Of a stretch of DNA of 37,729 bases, positions 35,774 to 37,729 are shown one piece after another. Each line of letters opens with the position of its first letter. Positions within the stretch are counted from its first letter, which is position 1. The position numbers and the translations under genes are program-made. The stretch is from Acidimicrobiia bacterium (lineage in GTDB: Bacteria; Actinomycetota; Acidimicrobiia; Spongiisociales; CAZKJJ01). The stretch spans positions 1-37,729 of the forward strand of contig JBHICV010000006.1 in the NCBI GenBank assembly GCA_046759765.1, in the 5' to 3' direction. A model generated the notes under the pieces. The model did not search any database, was not told the DNA's origin, and saw only the letters and a program-made list of their open reading frames with translations.

Positions 35774-37009
35774 TCAGGGAAACGGCTCGTAGGTGCCGTC
35801 GAGGACGCCGTCGGCTATGTCCTCGAACATCTCGAAAGCGACCTCATCCAGGAAGACGACACTGCGGCCGACGGCCCTCCCGATCATGCCTGGGGCTACC
35901 AGGTTGTCGATCTCCGGTGGGTCCAGTTCGACCACCGCCGCGGCCATCGTCAACAGTTCTTCAGGGGTCAGATCAGTTGCTACGAAGCGCGTGAATATCT
36001 CGAGCATCGCCGGCACGTCCAGCAGCATCATGCCGCCCTCCCGGGCCTCGATCAGCATGGCAATGAGAAGCTCTCCTCCGTTGAGCTGGCGCTGGAAGTC
36101 GCCACCTTTGATCTTTCGGATCCTCGACCAGGCGAGCGCCTCGGCTCCATTCAGATGCTGCACGCCCCGGCGGAAATCCGCCTCTGCCTTCTCGTCCGTG
36201 ATCCCGAACGGTATGTCGAAGGTGAACCCACCAAACGCATTGACGACGTCGATGAACCCCTTGAAGCCGGTCACGATGTAGCCATCAAAATCCAGTCCGG
36301 TGAGGTTCTCGGCCGTCTGGGTCAGAACCTCGGGTCCGACAGAGGCCATTGCATGAGTGAGTTTGTCCTCAGTTCCGTCGAGCTTGGTAACGAGGGTGTC
36401 CCGGGGTATCCCCAGCAATGAACCCCGGCTGCGCGCCGGGTCGATGCCCAGGATGTGGAGGCTGTCGGCCCGAAAGATGAGCGGGTTCTGTCCGGGGCGG
36501 GCATCGGAACCGATCATGAGCAGCAGGCGGGGCGGGTCCCCGTACCAGGCCGGAGCATCGAAGCGCGTGAGATGTGCTCCGACTACCCGCCAGCCGGGAC
36601 CGTCGTCGACAGCTAGGACGACGTCGTCAGCGGCTTGGACCACTGCGAGCTGACTTCCTTGCACCTCGGCGGTGGTCGTTTGCCCTTCGATATGGAGCAC
36701 CCGCGGCCCCGGCGGCTTCGCGAACGCGGCGATCAGTCCGGCAGGTAGGTTCGGCGGCTCCAGAGCTGGATCGAGGACCCAGGCGTAGAACTCCGCCACC
36801 GTGTCCGCCAGCCCTTGAGGCGTGTCGTCGATCGCGGCCGTCACCACGGGCGGGGGTAGGGTCGTAGTTGGGGCGGTCTCGATCACGGTCAAGGTGGTAG
36901 TCGGCGGCCGCGTAGTCGAGGTTGTTGTCGTCGCGATTGTCGGCTCGGCCGATGGCGTGCATGCGGTCAGCAGGATTGCAGCCACCATCAGCGCCACGGA
37001 TCGCGTCAT
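35774..37009 (-). CDS. LytR-CpsA-Psr (LCP) family lipoprotein
   Basis: Lipobox LLTA-C, a Thr/Pro linker, GSDAR...RADS, IPRDT and AL..SR.R....DF.RQ. Confidence 0.87.
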   Translation of the reverse strand: MTRSVALMVAAILLTACTPSAEPTIATTTTSTTRPPTTTLTVIETAPTTTLPPPVVTAAIDDTPQGLADTVAEFYAWVLDPALEPPNLPAGLIAAFAKPPGPRVLHIEGQTTTAEVQGSQLAVVQAADDVVLAVDDGPGWRVVGAHLTRFDAPAWYGDPPRLLLMIGSDARPGQNPLIFRADSLHILGIDPARSRGSLLGIPRDTLVTKLDGTEDKLTHAMASVGPEVLTQTAENLTGLDFDGYIVTGFKGFIDVVNAFGGFTFDIPFGITDEKAEADFRRGVQHLNGAEALAWSRIRKIKGGDFQRQLNGGELLIAMLIEAREGGMMLLDVPAMLEIFTRFVATDLTPEELLTMAAAVVELDPPEIDNLVAPGMIGRAVGRSVVFLDEVAFEMFEDIADGVLDGTYEPFP

Positions 37010-37105
37010 GCCTGCGGGACAATAGGAAGAGGTGGAGGCAATCAAGCATCACAATGGGTGGTGCCAGCGATCCACGTATACTCCGCCGGTTTTGGGAGAT
37101 CCCTC

Positions 37106-37729
37106 TTGACCGCCGAACTGGCCATTGCCGCCGCGCTCGGAGCGGCACTCCTCGGCCTGTTACTGGCTGGGTTCTACGCCTCGCGGGTCCTTGGCGCGGA
37201 TCGAGGCAACGCGGAGATGGTCCGGATCTCGGACCGCATCCGGGAAGGCGCCGACACATTCATGAGACGCGAGTACACCTGGGTGGCCGTCTTTGTGGTG
37301 ATTCTGGCGATCCTCATCGCGGTCCTGGTCCCATGGGGAGCACCCTGGGGTGCCCCTGCCTACATCTTCGGGGCGTTGCTATCCGGCACCGCCGGGTTCA
37401 TCGGGATGCGAATCGCAACGGCGGCCAATAGTCGCACGACCGAGGCGGCGCGGGCGGGCGGGGTCGCGCGGGCGCTGCCGGTGGCCTTTCGCGGCGGAGC
37501 CGTCATGGGATTCACGGTCGCGGGTCTGGGACTAGTGGGCGTCGGGGTCGGATTTCTTCTATTCAACCTCCTGCTCGAGCTGGATCAATGGGATGAGGTG
37601 ATCACTGCGATTGCCCTCGGCGGCTCATCGATCGCTCTGTTTGCCCGCGTCGGGGGTGGCATCTACACGAAGGCAGCCGACGTCGGTGCCGACCTCGTCG
37701 GCAAGGTCGAAGCTGGGATTCCCGAGGAC
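37106..37729 (+). CDS. hppA: Membrane-integral H+/Na+-translocating pyrophosphatase, N-terminal part; runs off the window
   Basis: Not in the ORF track. From TTG 37106 (GGAG RBS; TATACT at 37077-37082) it reads M..IS..IREGA..F..REY, GM..AT.AN.RT, AFRGGAVMG and FARVGGGIYTKAADVGADLVGKVEAGIPED. Confidence 0.95.
   Translation, partial: MTAELAIAAALGAALLGLLLAGFYASRVLGADRGNAEMVRISDRIREGADTFMRREYTWVAVFVVILAILIAVLVPWGAPWGAPAYIFGALLSGTAGFIGMRIATAANSRTTEAARAGGVARALPVAFRGGAVMGFTVAGLGLVGVGVGFLLFNLLLELDQWDEVITAIALGGSSIALFARVGGGIYTKAADVGADLVGKVEAGIPED

Noticed and set aside
1..37729. rRNA, tRNA (including tRNA-Sec), integrase or transposase genes
   Set aside because: None recognised. The intergenic gaps are short and explained by promoters or repeats, so the Sec machinery would have to be encoded elsewhere.

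Overview
High-GC, gene-dense chromosomal segment with actinobacterial hallmarks: many apparently leaderless genes and the conserved HAD/ssd/tad/DUF1998-helicase/hppA neighbourhood. Acidimicrobiia is my best guess, by inference only. The left part is catabolic: the start of a secreted S8 protease, a fused 2-oxoacid dehydrogenase E1 alpha-beta, a membrane-tailed ECF sigma factor, OsmC plus a DCC1/DUF393 gene, a paaA-D-R-B-C operon with a DUF3237-like protein, an epoxide hydrolase and paaG, and hutG-H-U-I. The middle holds PrsW, GDPD, MOSC, macro-domain, MFS, GNAT and HAD genes. The right part holds a Tad/Flp pilus locus, a lipoprotein plus atypical FtsH-like protease, a PDZ lipoprotein, a DUF1998 helicase, a P2A ATPase, a LipJ-like cyclase, an LCP lipoprotein and the start of a membrane pyrophosphatase. 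The strongest finding is that the DCC1/DUF393 gene (3842-4234) has an in-frame TGA exactly at the first Cys of its CxxC motif, followed by a SECIS-like hairpin, making it a candidate UxxC selenoprotein that the ORF track truncates. Other notable items are HutI fused to a ClpX-type zinc finger, a TadB-TadC fusion, a 47-bp palindromic repeat family, probable CTG starts and overlapping bidirectional leaderless promoters. Two frameshifts are probably sequencing errors. I found no rRNA, tRNA, CRISPR array or transposase. All family calls come from recognising motifs by eye, not from database searches.
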